Shown here: piece after piece, positions 1 through 10,584 of the stretch
How positions within the stretch are numbered: the first letter of the stretch is position 1
Layout: each line of letters opens with the position of its first letter
Virus record (IMG/VR): IMGVR_UViG_3300020438_004435
Direction: 5' to 3' (one strand)
Length of the DNA stretch: 64,000 nt
DNA from: a virus
Notes under the pieces: model-generated
What the model was told of the DNA's origin: nothing
The model's database searches: none
What the model saw: the letters and a program-made list of their open reading frames with translations, nothing else
Translations under genes and position numbers: made by a program

Positions 1-3000
1 CCAGACCATCACCTGCCAAGAATGTTCCTAATCTTGATATATCAGATCTTCTAATTGTTCCAGCATCACTAATAATAAATTCATCAGTGGCCGCAATTGC
101 CGCTCCTATATCGGTTAATCCAGATACTATATTATTATTAAGCATTGAACCTTCTACTGAAGTTGCTGCTATTGTAAGAGTTCCTGCAGATAGGCTGGCA
201 TCGCCTGAAAGTGTAGTCCAAGATAAATCTCCATTAGCATCAGCTACTAATATTTTTCCATTAGCACCAGCTGCTAGTGCACTAGGATCACCTGATGCAT
301 CTCCAACTATTATTTTTCCTCTTGCTAGTCCAGCCATCTTTGCCAATGATACTGCATTGTCTGCTATCATTGCCGTTGCTATAGTATTCCATGTAGCATC
401 TGTCCCATCTGATTGAAGAACTGTATTAGCACCTCCAACCGATAATGCTGATGGATCTCCACTTGAATCACCTACTATTATTTTTCCTCTAGCTAGACCA
501 GCCATTTTTGCAAGAGTAACCGCATTGTCGGTTATACTATTTGTTCCAACGGTGTTCCAGGTTGGATCTGCATCTCCCATTATTAAAACATGGTTAGCTG
601 ATCCTCCTGCAAGTCTTTGATAATTAGATGCTCCTCTGTATAATATATCTCCGCGGGCATCTGATCCTCTGTCAAGATTTACATCATTATCTAAATGTGC
701 TCCTGAACCAAATATTTTTGTTCCCTTTAATGCAGCTGATTCAACCCTGCCAATAGATCCTGTAGAGGCATAAATTGTTGCACTTGAACTTATATTACCT
801 GATGCAGAAATTTCGGTAAGAGATAATCCACCATAATTAGATGGAACCGATCCACTACCAATTACTAAGGTATTAAATGATCCACTTGTATACGATGCGA
901 AACTACCAGATGTAATTCCTGATATTTGGGTTTCGGTTGCACCAACTGTAACTTTTGCGATATTATCAATATCAAAAATTATCTTATCGTCAGTACCAAA
1001 ATCAATAGTATTGTTTTGAGAATTACCTCCAATAATTAAACTATTATGTTTTACAGATGTTATGCCTGTAATATTTCCGGTTGCTGAAGTTGACTCTGCC
1101 CATGATATATCGGTTCCATCTGATGTAAGAACATATCCATTAGTTCCAGCAGCTAGGGCACTTGGGTCTCCAGATGAATTACCTATTATTATCTTTCCTC
1201 TAGCTATGCCAGCCATCTTATCTAGGGTTACAGCATTATCAGCTATCTCATCGGTATTTACTGCATTATCTGCTAAATGTTCATTATCTATTGAAGCAGC
1301 AACGTAATGTTCTGAATTAATAACATCATTGCCTATGTTCGTTCCATCAATTGCATCAGCTCCAATATAATCATGGGTGATAGCAGTTCCATTCCAAACA
1401 CCAGTATCAATTGTACCAACCGTAGTAATGCCTAATCCATCAATATCGGATTTTGTTTGATCTGCAGTTGCACTAGCCTCTATTCCTAACATAGTAACTA
1501 AATCAGCTGGTGATATTTCCTCTATTACTCCTGCTCCAGCGGAATCTCTACCTAATATTCTATTAGTAGCTGATACATTTTGAATTTTAGCGTATGTAAC
1601 CTGATCATCTGCAATGGCTGCTGTTTTAATCTCACCGTCACCAATATGTTCTTCTTCTATAGCATCATCAGCTATATTGGTTGCATCAATTGCATCAGCT
1701 CCAATATAATCATGAGCGATAGCTGTTCCATTCCATACTCCTGTTGTAATCGTTCCTAGAGTAACTAAACTAGTATTTCCAGCTATTGGAGAATAGATGG
1801 CAGTTAGGTTTGATCCAGCTACATAAATAGCTCTACCTACCGACATATCAAGACTGATATCTGTAGTATCGGATACTACTTTAGATGTATGCACTCTAGT
1901 AAATGTTGCTCTACCCATTGAGGCAGTTGCTGATGAACTACCAGTGATATTTCCTGACATACTAATAGCACCAACAAACATATCACCATAATTACTAGGT
2001 TTTGATCCGCTGCCTATTACTAATGTATTAAATGAACCACTTGTAAATGATCCAAAGCTTCCGCTTATAGTTCCGTGAACATCTAATCCTGTAGAATGAA
2101 CTAATGCAGTCTCTACATTATCTATATCAAATATTATTTTATCATCTGTACCAAAATCTATTGTATTGTTTTGCGAATTGCCACCTAATATTAAACTATT
2201 ATGTTTAATAGATGTTATACCAGTTTGGGCTGCTTCAATATCTAAATTATTTCCAGCTATTGTTAGACCCGTTCCGGCTACATCCGAATTAAGCATGGTT
2301 CCATGGACCTTGGTTGCACCTATTGTAGTTACACCTGATCCATTAATTGTAACATCTCCACTTACTGTTGTAGAGGTTGCTTCATTACCAGCATTTCCTA
2401 TTAATATATTACCATCAGTAAGATCTGCTAATTTTGTAAATGCTATAGCTGCTGATGATGCGACTGATGCATTGACAACTGCATTTGAAGCTAATTTATC
2501 TGCGTCAACCGCATCGTCGGCTATCATTGCCGTAGCAATTCCTCCTGCTTTTACTCTTATGGCATCAGAATTTATTTCTATTGAACTATCATCAACCCCA
2601 ACTGCTAATACTCCACTACTCACGGCTAAACCATCACCTGCTAAGAATGTTCCTAATCTTGATATATCCGATCTTTTAATAGTGCCAGCATCGCTAATAA
2701 TAAATTCATCTGTTGCGGCAATAGCAGCTCCTATATCTGTTAATCCAGATACTATATTATTATTTAACATTGACCCTTCGATTGATGTTGCGGCTATCGT
2801 AATAGCTCCTGCCGATAATGTAACATCTCCAGATACGGTTGTCCAGGAAAGATCTCCATTGGCATCTGCTACTAATAATTTACCATTAGCACCTGCACTT
2901 AATGCAGCAGGGTCTCCACTAGCATTTCCATATATAATTTTTCCTCTAGCTAATCCTGCCAACTTATCCAAGGTAACCTGATTATCCGCAATATGTTCTG

Positions 3001-6000
3001 TGTCTACGGATCCTGCTGCTATATGTTCTGAATTGATTACATCATCAGCTATTTTATCAGCATCAATAGCATCGTTAGCTATATACGCAGTCGCAATAGC
3101 TGTTCCATTCCATACACCCGTTCCAATTGTTCCTACTGTTACTATATTTGTTCCTCCTGCAATAGGAGAATATATTGTATTAATATTGGATCCATTTGAT
3201 TTTATATTTCTTGTTACATCTATATCTTGACCTACTTCAATAGTAGTAGCTGTTACATTTGTAGTATTTACATTTGTAGCTCTTACAGTAGTAGCTACTG
3301 TATGTGTAAATGAACCTGTGTTAGTTGCTTCTACAGTATCAGAAAATTTACCATAACCAAATGATCCTGTATTACTAGAACTGATCCATCCAGACATAGA
3401 TACATTTCCACTAGACATACTAATAAAATTATTTGTAAATGTATCTGTAGGATCTGGAACATGCCCTATGATTAGAGTTCTGCTAATTGACACCTCATTT
3501 ATCGAAGCACTGTTTGCATATATATGACTACTACTTACATTTCCTCTAATATTGGTATTACCTTCAATAGTTGTTGTAACATCACCACGACCTATTTTAA
3601 TAGGAACATTTGCAGTTGCTGTTCCAATGGTTATACCATTAGTAGTATTTGAATTATCTATATTAAGTGTAGATGTAGAATCTAATGAAATATTAGTTCC
3701 ATCAACTACTAACGTTCCATCAATATCTGTATTATCTAAATTTGTATTTCCATTAACATCAATACTACCTTCAATATCTACAGTAGCTTCGGCATTAGTA
3801 ACATATACATTTCTACCTATATATGTATCTCTTGTAATTCTAGTATCGTTTGTAATTCTTATATCTGTAAATTTACCATGACCAAATGATGCTGTATTAC
3901 TAGAACTAATCCATCCTGACATTGAAATGTTTCCAACTGACATGCTAATGAAATGATTAGTAAATGTATCGGTAGGATCTGGAACATGCCCTACAATTAA
4001 GGTCTTACTGATTGATACTTCATTTATAGATGCACTGTTAACAAATATATGACTACCACTGAAATTTCCTAAAACGGTTAAATCATCATTTATTGTAGAT
4101 GTTCCACCAGTCGTACCAAATTTAGAGGTTTGATATAAATCACCATTAGAATCTACCACTACCATATTTGTATTATCTGGAGCGGTTGGTAAAGTTTCAA
4201 ATCTAACTATAGGATGAGAAGTATTATATCCAACTGAATTGGAAACATGAAGTCTCCTTTGTGGATTATGTGTTCCAATTCCAACACCACCATCATGATG
4301 AATAGTCATTCGTTGTGTTTCTGTATCTTTACCGCCAGTATTTCTAGCGTCATCATTTCCAGTGAAGAATCTTATTTGTTGTCCAGCATCACCTCTAGCA
4401 TGTATATTTATACTACCTTGTGGATTACCTCCTGTTGAAAGAAGTGCCGCTTCTTGTGATAATCTAATACCTTCAGAATCCTTATCACCTCCATCTCCAT
4501 AATCATTACCACTAGTGTTACCTTCGAATGTATCAGGCATATACGATAGTGATACACCTGATTGGCCTCTAGTACCACCGTATCCATAACTTGCACTTGA
4601 ATTATATGCATTAACCGATATTATTGCTCTAGGGCCTCTTGCAGCTAATTCATTACCTCCCGTTGTACCACCTCCTGCAGTAAATGCAGATGATGTTTCC
4701 CAGTTAATAATTTGTAAACCTACAGCACTTGGGTCACCATCTATTACTCGAAGTCTATGAGCTGAAGTATTATCAAATACAATAGATCTACCAGGATTGG
4801 CAGTACCTATTCCAAAATTACCACTACCTGAAAGTATACTTAAATTAGTATGCTTCATATGAATGGAACCTGTTATATTATGTTCGTTAGCTACATTGTT
4901 ACCTAACTTTACTGTTCCTTCAACTGCTAGCTGGTGATCAATTCCAGCTGTGGAGAAATCACCTATACCAACCTTTCCAGTGTGATAAATATCACCATCT
5001 AATGTAGGATCTGCCTCGTTACCATCACTATATGATTTACCTTGTTTATACCAATCATTGTCCCTTCCATATGATGCTGTAATAGCTTGTGATGCTGAAC
5101 CAGCCCATGATGCAGATACTGCATGTATTGCATATGAAGCTGTTGATGCATATGAAGACGATCCAGCCCATGATGCTGTTCCAAATAAAGAACCTGTTGC
5201 TCTAGTGAATGTTAAATTCGTAATAGATGCTGAATTAAATGAAGCGCTATTTGCATATATATGGCTTCCACTATAAGGACCATAGTTTATAATATTGGAA
5301 GATGTAAAATGTACTATAGTAGATGATGTTACGGTTGATCTTTTAATTTGATCAAATAAAGAACTTGTAACAACAAATAATTCATTAGCATCATTTACAC
5401 AAACTGTTTTACCATCAACTCTTACACCTATAGAATTTCCATCTATCATTTCAAAAAAGTCTGCACTCATGGATGCTTGTCCATGAAGCCAGGAACCTGA
5501 TTTATTTATACTTGTTTCAGATGGGGATCCCAAATTATTATACCATCCAGCTATACCGGTTGGGAAATCGTGTTTTTCACTAATTGATTGACTAGCTAAT
5601 CCATATATACCTGCTGTATACCATGGAGAATTAGCTCCTACTGTATTGACTCCTTTTGCATATGGATTAGATCCAGTGATTGCGTTTAGGTTTGCAGTGG
5701 TTGGTGAAAAGCTTACAAATTTGGTTGGAGAAACAATATCGGTTTCAATAGCACCATAAACATGAAGTGCAAAATTTTGCCTTGCATCAGCATCTATATT
5801 TGTAGAATTAGGTAACGCGTATACGAAACCAGAGAAACAATCGTATGATGGATATGCTTTACCTACAAATAAACCATAATCCGCTTTATAGTGAGTAGTA
5901 AGATGATTTTCCCAATCATTTTCTAAAGTGCCTGGTGCTGAAGAAGGATCTGTACCTAATCCAGTTAATGCTTGTCTATAATGATATCCTCCTCCCTGAT

Positions 6001-9000
6001 TACCATTTCCTGCGTCAGTTTCATCAACCAATGCAAATACTATAACATTATCATCAGATTTTCCTGAAGCACTAATTGGTGAATTTTCTAAATAATAAGC
6101 TGAACAGCTAACTCCGTGTGCTGCAAAATCATCTGAACCTAAATATGTTCCAGCAACCTCATCAGTAACCCCAGTTGCATCCCATCTTACTGATTTCATA
6201 CTACCAGTAATACCTGTTCCAGTTCCTCCATCATTTTGATTACCAACTGCTGGCCATGACATCCAGGATAACCATCGCTCTGCTGTTAAGGTTGCTGATG
6301 CAGGATCATCCGATCCCTCACCTACAAAAATTCTACCTTTCCAGTACGGGTATTTATCACGCATATCTGCTTCAAATTTAGTAATTACCCATCTAGTAAG
6401 TATAGCAGGAGTTGCTGTAGCAGTTCCAATTATATTCATACTTGTTCTATCAATAAAAATATAAATGTTTGTATCTGCATGAAGATGGCAACAACAATTA
6501 TCTTTATCCATTAAATCAAGAGCACAACCTAATTCCGTATAAGATACATCTCCAGATGCTGAATTATATGTTATTATGTTTTTTTGAGGACTATTATGTA
6601 AACTATTAATTCTTACAGGTGGTGCTTTTGCATTATAATCAGCAAGGGATTGGGTTATGTGTAATTGCCTTACTGGTGTTGCTGAAGAGAAATCTCCTAT
6701 ACCAACCGTTCCTTCATGATATATTCCACCATCTATAGTTGGATCGGCTTCATTACCATCTGCATAGGATTTTCCTTCTTTGAACCAATCATTATCTCTT
6801 CCATACGATGCAGTTAAAGCCTGTGATGATGATCCAGCCCAAGATGCTGTTCCATATAAAGAACCAGAGGCTCTTGTAAATGTTAAATTTGTAATTGAAG
6901 CCGAATTAAATGAAGCACTGTTTGCAAATATATGACTTCCACTATAATTTCCTCTATTAACAATATTAGTAGAATAAAAATTAGATGAGGTAAGATTTGT
7001 TATAGATGCGGAATTAAATGAAGCACTATTTGCATATATAAAACTTCCACTATAGTCTCCCCTATTAATAATATTCTTCTTTATTATAATATAAGAAGAT
7101 GTAAGGTGTGTATTAAATATATTTGTAATCGATGCTGAATTAAATGATGCGCTATTTGCAAATATAAAACTTCCGCTATAGTCTCCATGATTACGAATAT
7201 TAGATGATGTTAAATGTGTATTAAGGATATTGTATATATCACTTTGACCTAATCCTCCACTTACATATGAAGCTGTCATTGCCCATGATGATGTATGCGC
7301 ATAACTAGAGGTTTGTATAAATGATGAGCTTACTGCATGAGAAGCTGATGCCGCCCAATGTGCATATGAAGCTGTAGTTGCCTGTGATGCGGAATCCGCC
7401 CATGATGCAGATCTTGCATGCAATGCATATGAAGCTGTTCCAGCATATGATGATGATCCGGCCCATGAAGCCGTTCCAAATAAAGAACCAGTAATATGTT
7501 CTCCCCAAATATAGGATCCACTTATTATAGATGAACTTATTATAGATGATGATATTTCGCCTATAGAAGCGCTTCTTGCGTATATATAGCTACTAGAGAT
7601 ATTACCACCACCCTCACATAGTGTGTCTGTTATATCGAGGTTTCCAGCTATAGATACTGATCCTGTGAATTGATGTGTATCATCACAATCGTCACCAAAT
7701 TTGGATGAACCTGATGCAAATAACATTGATTTCGATACTACTCCAATTATTAATTCAGTAGCATGTATCGTTCCAGTAACATGCATACTTCCTGTATGTT
7801 GCCATGAACCTGTAGAAAATATGTTTGTTATATTTGGAGGAAATGTAACGGATGATGTGGTAAATAAAAGAGTTGTATTTGATTGAGAAGGATGATTAGC
7901 ATGTGAGTTAGCTATTGCATTTAGATCCGTTCCCAAAAAAGGTACATTATAAATATACGTTATTGAATTAGTTCCCTTAGCAGGTATTAATGCATAATTG
8001 AGATATTCAAACTTAAAATCAAATACATCAGATGCTGGCTGTATTGGCATAGCTAAATCGCCATCCATTATAGATGGTGTTAAACCAGATCCACTTGCTG
8101 CCGTCAATTCTATATCAGCTAAATGCCAGCAACCTCTTCTTATAACAAAAACAGGAGCTCCTGTTCCATCATTATCTGGATCGAATATAAATGTATTATT
8201 AATATATTTTTCAGTAGCAGCTTTTGTTTCTATAGATGTTATTCTTTTACCTAATCCTTTATCATTAAATCCAGCCTTGAATGAAGAACCACTCATATAA
8301 ATATCTATTCTAGGATTGCCTCTTTCAAAATCAGTTGGACCTCCAGTAGAGTATGGATCTGATTCACCATATGCATTGAATTTTATTTGATATGTACTGC
8401 CCGAAAAGAATGAAGAAGAACCTGGTGCCAATGAATGTGAATATTGTGGCTTAAAGGTATAGAAGGTTTCATCCTTTTCATTTATAGTATTTGTTGCACC
8501 TGCATGACATATTTTGACACCACCAATTAACTTAGTATTATTTATTGCGACTGATGGGTCTTCATTTTTTTCCGAACTTCCTACCTGCCAATATGATTGA
8601 AGTATATTGTTGGCACTTAGAGGAGCTTGATTTGTAAATCTACCAAAATTTATAAATTGGGTTCCACCATGTCCTGTTTGAGATACATCTGAATAAGATG
8701 TAGTATCCTTATCAACCATAAAATTGGTAGGATGTAATCGCATAACATTCAGGAATTCAAATCCTGAATTATCACCATATCCTAATTTATGATGGCTTCT
8801 TATAAAAACGTTTATGTGTGTTACCTCTGAACAACAAGGTTTTAGATTTCTTATATTTATACTAGCGTATGATTGATCTATAGCTATATGTGTGTCAGGA
8901 TCTTTTGTAGTTACGGTTCCTTCAGATCCTTCATATCTAATCACAAATGGTATTCCTGCTCCACCACCTTCTGAAGCATATCCTATCCTTTGTATATGTT

Positions 9001-10519
9001 GAGCATTGTATCCTGATCGATCTAATATAGGAAATTCAGAAATCGGATCTACAAGGAATTCATTTTGAGATACTATCTGTCTAATGGTTGTACTCATTGA
9101 CGCTGGTAAAAGGTTAGATGATGATGGAACTGCAAATCTATGTAATGGTGGTGCTGAAGAGTGATTTGTTTCATGTGGATATACTCCTCTGCCTATATTT
9201 TGATTTTGATTTGCACCATAACTATATGCCACTGTTGCAGATGCTGCAGCTGCTCCTCCTGAGAATGTTGTTGTTCCATATCCATATCCATCGCCAAGCC
9301 ATGCTACACCCTCAACGCCACCAAGTGCTAATACAGTTCCTGTAACTGTAGTATTACCAGACGTTCCATTAGATGCTTGTGTGATTGTAATCCATAGATC
9401 CTTTCTATTTCCTGCTGATGCATTGTTATAGACTGCATGGAAATTGCCATTAGCATCTATATCCGCTGTTAGTGCGGAAATGATAGTTGGCCAACCTCCA
9501 GATGCAGCAATTGTGAATGTATGCGCCGTTCCAGATGTATCTGTTAGTACTAACGTCTTACCATAGAGTGCACTCAATCCATCGCCGGCGCTATGAGTAT
9601 TATAATCAAATCTTAGAATATATTCTGCGGCAGCACCATCATTCGTAGATACAGCTGGTTGATACCACTTATGGAAATTTATGGTTCCATCTACCCATTG
9701 TAAGGATGCGGTTTCAAATGCATCGCCAGTATTTTTAACATTGGAACCGATCTGTTGCGTAGTTCCATCGGATTCATAAAACGTAGTATATTCTGCATTT
9801 CGTAATATACAGGTTGCGAATTGAGATGTTCCATCATATTCATACGTTACTGATCCTTTGTTAGAACCTGTAGCGGAAGTATCATGGTAAAGAGTAGGAG
9901 CTGCCGTTGTGAATGTATTTTCCTGGCCTTCGATCGTAACATGACTCCAAGGTACAATTCTTTCTTCTACCTTTACTATAGGAGGTTCATACCAATCTAT
10001 AGGTTCATCATTTATTAAACTTGGATCAATATATATTTTTCTAGACCATCTAACATTAATCCTATCTTGGCAATCTGCAGGCAGTGGACAAAAGCAATTA
10101 TTATCTAAGACAGCTATTCCCGTAAATGTAATTATACCTGGACCTGTTGGTGTATCATCACAAACAAAGAAACAAACAGTTCTAGTTCTAGAGTCTGCAT
10201 TGGTGTTTCTTTTTATTTCATGTTTTATTGCATTACCATGAGCATCTAATACCTCCACCTGTATTTCAGATCCTGGTTTGAACATTCTAGCATTTGCTTG
10301 GAATGATACTGCATTAGAACCTATTGTGAATTTATCCTCACATTTAGTAATATTAAAGTAGTCTGCTGATGTTCTAGAAGTATCCTCAATACAAACATTG
10401 AGATCTATAAGACCCTTCTTAATTCCACCTTTACACGAATTATTAGTAAGTGTAACTGCGGATAGAATTGTTCCCTTTTTATCTGGTATGTCTCTAGGTC
10501 TTTCTCGAAATTCGGACAT
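1..10519 (-). CDS. Giant tail fibre/adhesin-like structural protein, >3,500 aa, 3'-truncated by the window edge
   Basis: ATG at 10519 with AGGAG 7 nt upstream; reads MSEFRERPRDIPDKKGTILSAV... The same frame gives sensible repeat-rich protein at 6500, 6050 and the left edge (..GTIRRSDISRLGTFLAGDGL). It is absent from the ORF track, consistent with no in-frame stop before base 1. Ser/Ala/Gly/Thr-rich fibre-like repeats (GVGIGT, ASWAGSSSYA, TGVWNGTAI). Confidence 0.85.
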   Translation of the reverse strand, partial: MSEFRERPRDIPDKKGTILSAVTLTNNSCKGGIKKGLIDLNVCIEDTSRTSADYFNITKCEDKFTIGSNAVSFQANARMFKPGSEIQVEVLDAHGNAIKHEIKRNTNADSRTRTVCFFVCDDTPTGPGIITFTGIAVLDNNCFCPLPADCQDRINVRWSRKIYIDPSLINDEPIDWYEPPIVKVEERIVPWSHVTIEGQENTFTTAAPTLYHDTSATGSNKGSVTYEYDGTSQFATCILRNAEYTTFYESDGTTQQIGSNVKNTGDAFETASLQWVDGTINFHKWYQPAVSTNDGAAAEYILRFDYNTHSAGDGLSALYGKTLVLTDTSGTAHTFTIAASGGWPTIISALTADIDANGNFHAVYNNASAGNRKDLWITITQASNGTSGNTTVTGTVLALGGVEGVAWLGDGYGYGTTTFSGGAAAASATVAYSYGANQNQNIGRGVYPHETNHSSAPPLHRFAVPSSSNLLPASMSTTIRQIVSQNEFLVDPISEFPILDRSGYNAQHIQRIGYASEGGGAGIPFVIRYEGSEGTVTTKDPDTHIAIDQSYASINIRNLKPCCSEVTHINVFIRSHHKLGYGDNSGFEFLNVMRLHPTNFMVDKDTTSYSDVSQTGHGGTQFINFGRFTNQAPLSANNILQSYWQVGSSEKNEDPSVAINNTKLIGGVKICHAGATNTINEKDETFYTFKPQYSHSLAPGSSSFFSGSTYQIKFNAYGESDPYSTGGPTDFERGNPRIDIYMSGSSFKAGFNDKGLGKRITSIETKAATEKYINNTFIFDPDNDGTGAPVFVIRRGCWHLADIELTAASGSGLTPSIMDGDLAMPIQPASDVFDFKFEYLNYALIPAKGTNSITYIYNVPFLGTDLNAIANSHANHPSQSNTTLLFTTSSVTFPPNITNIFSTGSWQHTGSMHVTGTIHATELIIGVVSKSMLFASGSSKFGDDCDDTHQFTGSVSIAGNLDITDTLCEGGGNISSSYIYARSASIGEISSSIISSSIISGSYIWGEHITGSLFGTASWAGSSSYAGTASYALHARSASWADSASQATTASYAHWAASASHAVSSSFIQTSSYAHTSSWAMTASYVSGGLGQSDIYNILNTHLTSSNIRNHGDYSGSFIFANSASFNSASITNIFNTHLTSSYIIIKKNIINRGDYSGSFIYANSASFNSASITNLTSSNFYSTNIVNRGNYSGSHIFANSASFNSASITNLTFTRASGSLYGTASWAGSSSQALTASYGRDNDWFKEGKSYADGNEADPTIDGGIYHEGTVGIGDFSSATPVRQLHITQSLADYNAKAPPVRINSLHNSPQKNIITYNSASGDVSYTELGCALDLMDKDNCCCHLHADTNIYIFIDRTSMNIIGTATATPAILTRWVITKFEADMRDKYPYWKGRIFVGEGSDDPASATLTAERWLSWMSWPAVGNQNDGGTGTGITGSMKSVRWDATGVTDEVAGTYLGSDDFAAHGVSCSAYYLENSPISASGKSDDNVIVFALVDETDAGNGNQGGGYHYRQALTGLGTDPSSAPGTLENDWENHLTTHYKADYGLFVGKAYPSYDCFSGFVYALPNSTNIDADARQNFALHVYGAIETDIVSPTKFVSFSPTTANLNAITGSNPYAKGVNTVGANSPWYTAGIYGLASQSISEKHDFPTGIAGWYNNLGSPSETSINKSGSWLHGQASMSADFFEMIDGNSIGVRVDGKTVCVNDANELFVVTSSLFDQIKRSTVTSSTIVHFTSSNIINYGPYSGSHIYANSASFNSASITNLTFTRATGSLFGTASWAGSSSYASTASYAIHAVSASWAGSASQAITASYGRDNDWYKQGKSYSDGNEADPTLDGDIYHTGKVGIGDFSTAGIDHQLAVEGTVKLGNNVANEHNITGSIHMKHTNLSILSGSGNFGIGTANPGRSIVFDNTSAHRLRVIDGDPSAVGLQIINWETSSAFTAGGGTTGGNELAARGPRAIISVNAYNSSASYGYGGTRGQSGVSLSYMPDTFEGNTSGNDYGDGGDKDSEGIRLSQEAALLSTGGNPQGSINIHARGDAGQQIRFFTGNDDARNTGGKDTETQRMTIHHDGGVGIGTHNPQRRLHVSNSVGYNTSHPIVRFETLPTAPDNTNMVVVDSNGDLYQTSKFGTTGGTSTINDDLTVLGNFSGSHIFVNSASINEVSISKTLIVGHVPDPTDTFTNHFISMSVGNISMSGWISSSNTASFGHGKFTDIRITNDTRITRDTYIGRNVYVTNAEATVDIEGSIDVNGNTNLDNTDIDGTLVVDGTNISLDSTSTLNIDNSNTTNGITIGTATANVPIKIGRGDVTTTIEGNTNIRGNVSSSHIYANSASINEVSISRTLIIGHVPDPTDTFTNNFISMSSGNVSMSGWISSSNTGSFGYGKFSDTVEATNTGSFTHTVATTVRATNVNTTNVTATTIEVGQDIDVTRNIKSNGSNINTIYSPIAGGTNIVTVGTIGTGVWNGTAIATAYIANDAIDADKIADDVINSEHIAAGSVDTEHIADNQVTLDKLAGLARGKIIYGNASGDPAALSAGANGKLLVADANGDLSWTTVSGDVTLSAGAITIAATSIEGSMLNNNIVSGLTDIGAAIAATDEFIISDAGTIKRSDISRLGTFLAGDGLAVSSGVLAVGVDDSSIEINSDAIRVKAGGIATAMIADDAVDADKLASNAVVNASVASSAAIAFTKLADLTDGNILIGNAGNEATSTTVSGDVTINGSGVTTIGATKVHGTMLNSDVAGTGLTIAGNNLDIEAAQTGITSIKHNSLILGGNSQNNTIDFGTDDKIIFDIDNVETALVHSTGLDVHGTISGSFGSFTSGSFNTLVIGSGSKPSNYGDMFVGAISMSGNITGSSSATASMGRATFTRVHTSKVVSDTTDISLDMSVGRAIYVAGSNLTAIYSPIAGNTSLVTLGTITTGVWNGTAIAHDYIGADAIDATNIADDAIEEEHIGDGEIKTAAIADDQVTYAKIQNVSATNRILGRDSAGAGVIEEISPADLVTMLGIEASATADQTKSDIDGLGITTVGTIDTGVWNGTAITHDYIGADAIDGTNIGNDVINSEHYVAASIDNEHLADNAVNTDEIADNAVTLDKMAGIARGKIIIGNSSGDPSALAAGTNGYVLTSDGTDISWAESTSATGNITGITSVKHNSLIIGGNSQNNTIDFGTDDKIIFDIDNIAKVTVGATETQISGITSGSFASYTSGSFNTLVIGSGSVPSNYGGLSLTEISASGNISSSATIYASTGSIGRVESAALKGTKIFGSGAHLDNDVNLDRGSDARGDILYRGASNYQRLAGGSANHVLIMGDADPTWNTVGTNSITDNAVTLAKMAGLARGKIIVGDSSGDPSALSVGGANTVLQSDGTDATWNTIATAMIADNAVSLAKMAGLARGKIIVGDASGDPSALAAGANGKILVADANGDLSWTTLSGDASLSAGTLTIAATSVEGSMLNNNIVSGLTDIGAAIAATDEFIISDAGTIRRSDISRLGTFLAGDGL
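6..2965. repeat. ~335-bp in-frame duplication within the giant ORF (copies ~6-340 and ~2631-2965, offset 2625 nt)
   Basis: Both copies begin ccatcacctgc(c/t)aagaatgttcctaatcttgatatatc and encode ..GKI(I)..GDP.AL.AGANGK.LVADANGDLSWTT.SGD..LSAG..TIAATS.EGSMLNNNIVSGLTDIGAAIAATDEFIISDAGTI.RSDISRLGTFLAGDG. Confidence 0.9.
3345..4060. repeat. ~190-bp in-frame duplication (copies ~3345-3535 and ~3870-4060)
   Basis: Both encode SHI(Y/F).NSASINEVSIS.TLI.GHVPDPTDTFTN.FISMS.GN.SMSGWISSSNT.SFG.GKF. Confidence 0.9.
4953..6945. repeat. Duplicated module (~4953-5275 and ~6687-6945) within the giant ORF
   Basis: Both encode SASFNSASITNLTFTRA.GSL.GTASWAGSSS..A.TASYGRDNDW.K.GKSY.DGNEADPT.DG.IYH.G.VGIGDFS. 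Confidence 0.85.
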
Positions 10520-10584
10520 TAATTAACTCCTATCGTCTTGCTTTATCTTTAGTTTGCGTATATAATATAATTATTAGATTACAA

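Noticed and set aside
87-9345. Plus-strand ORFs and short minus-strand ORFs in the track over the first 10 kb
   Set aside because: They are antisense or alternate-frame shadows of the giant minus-strand ORF, low-complexity mirrors of its repeats.
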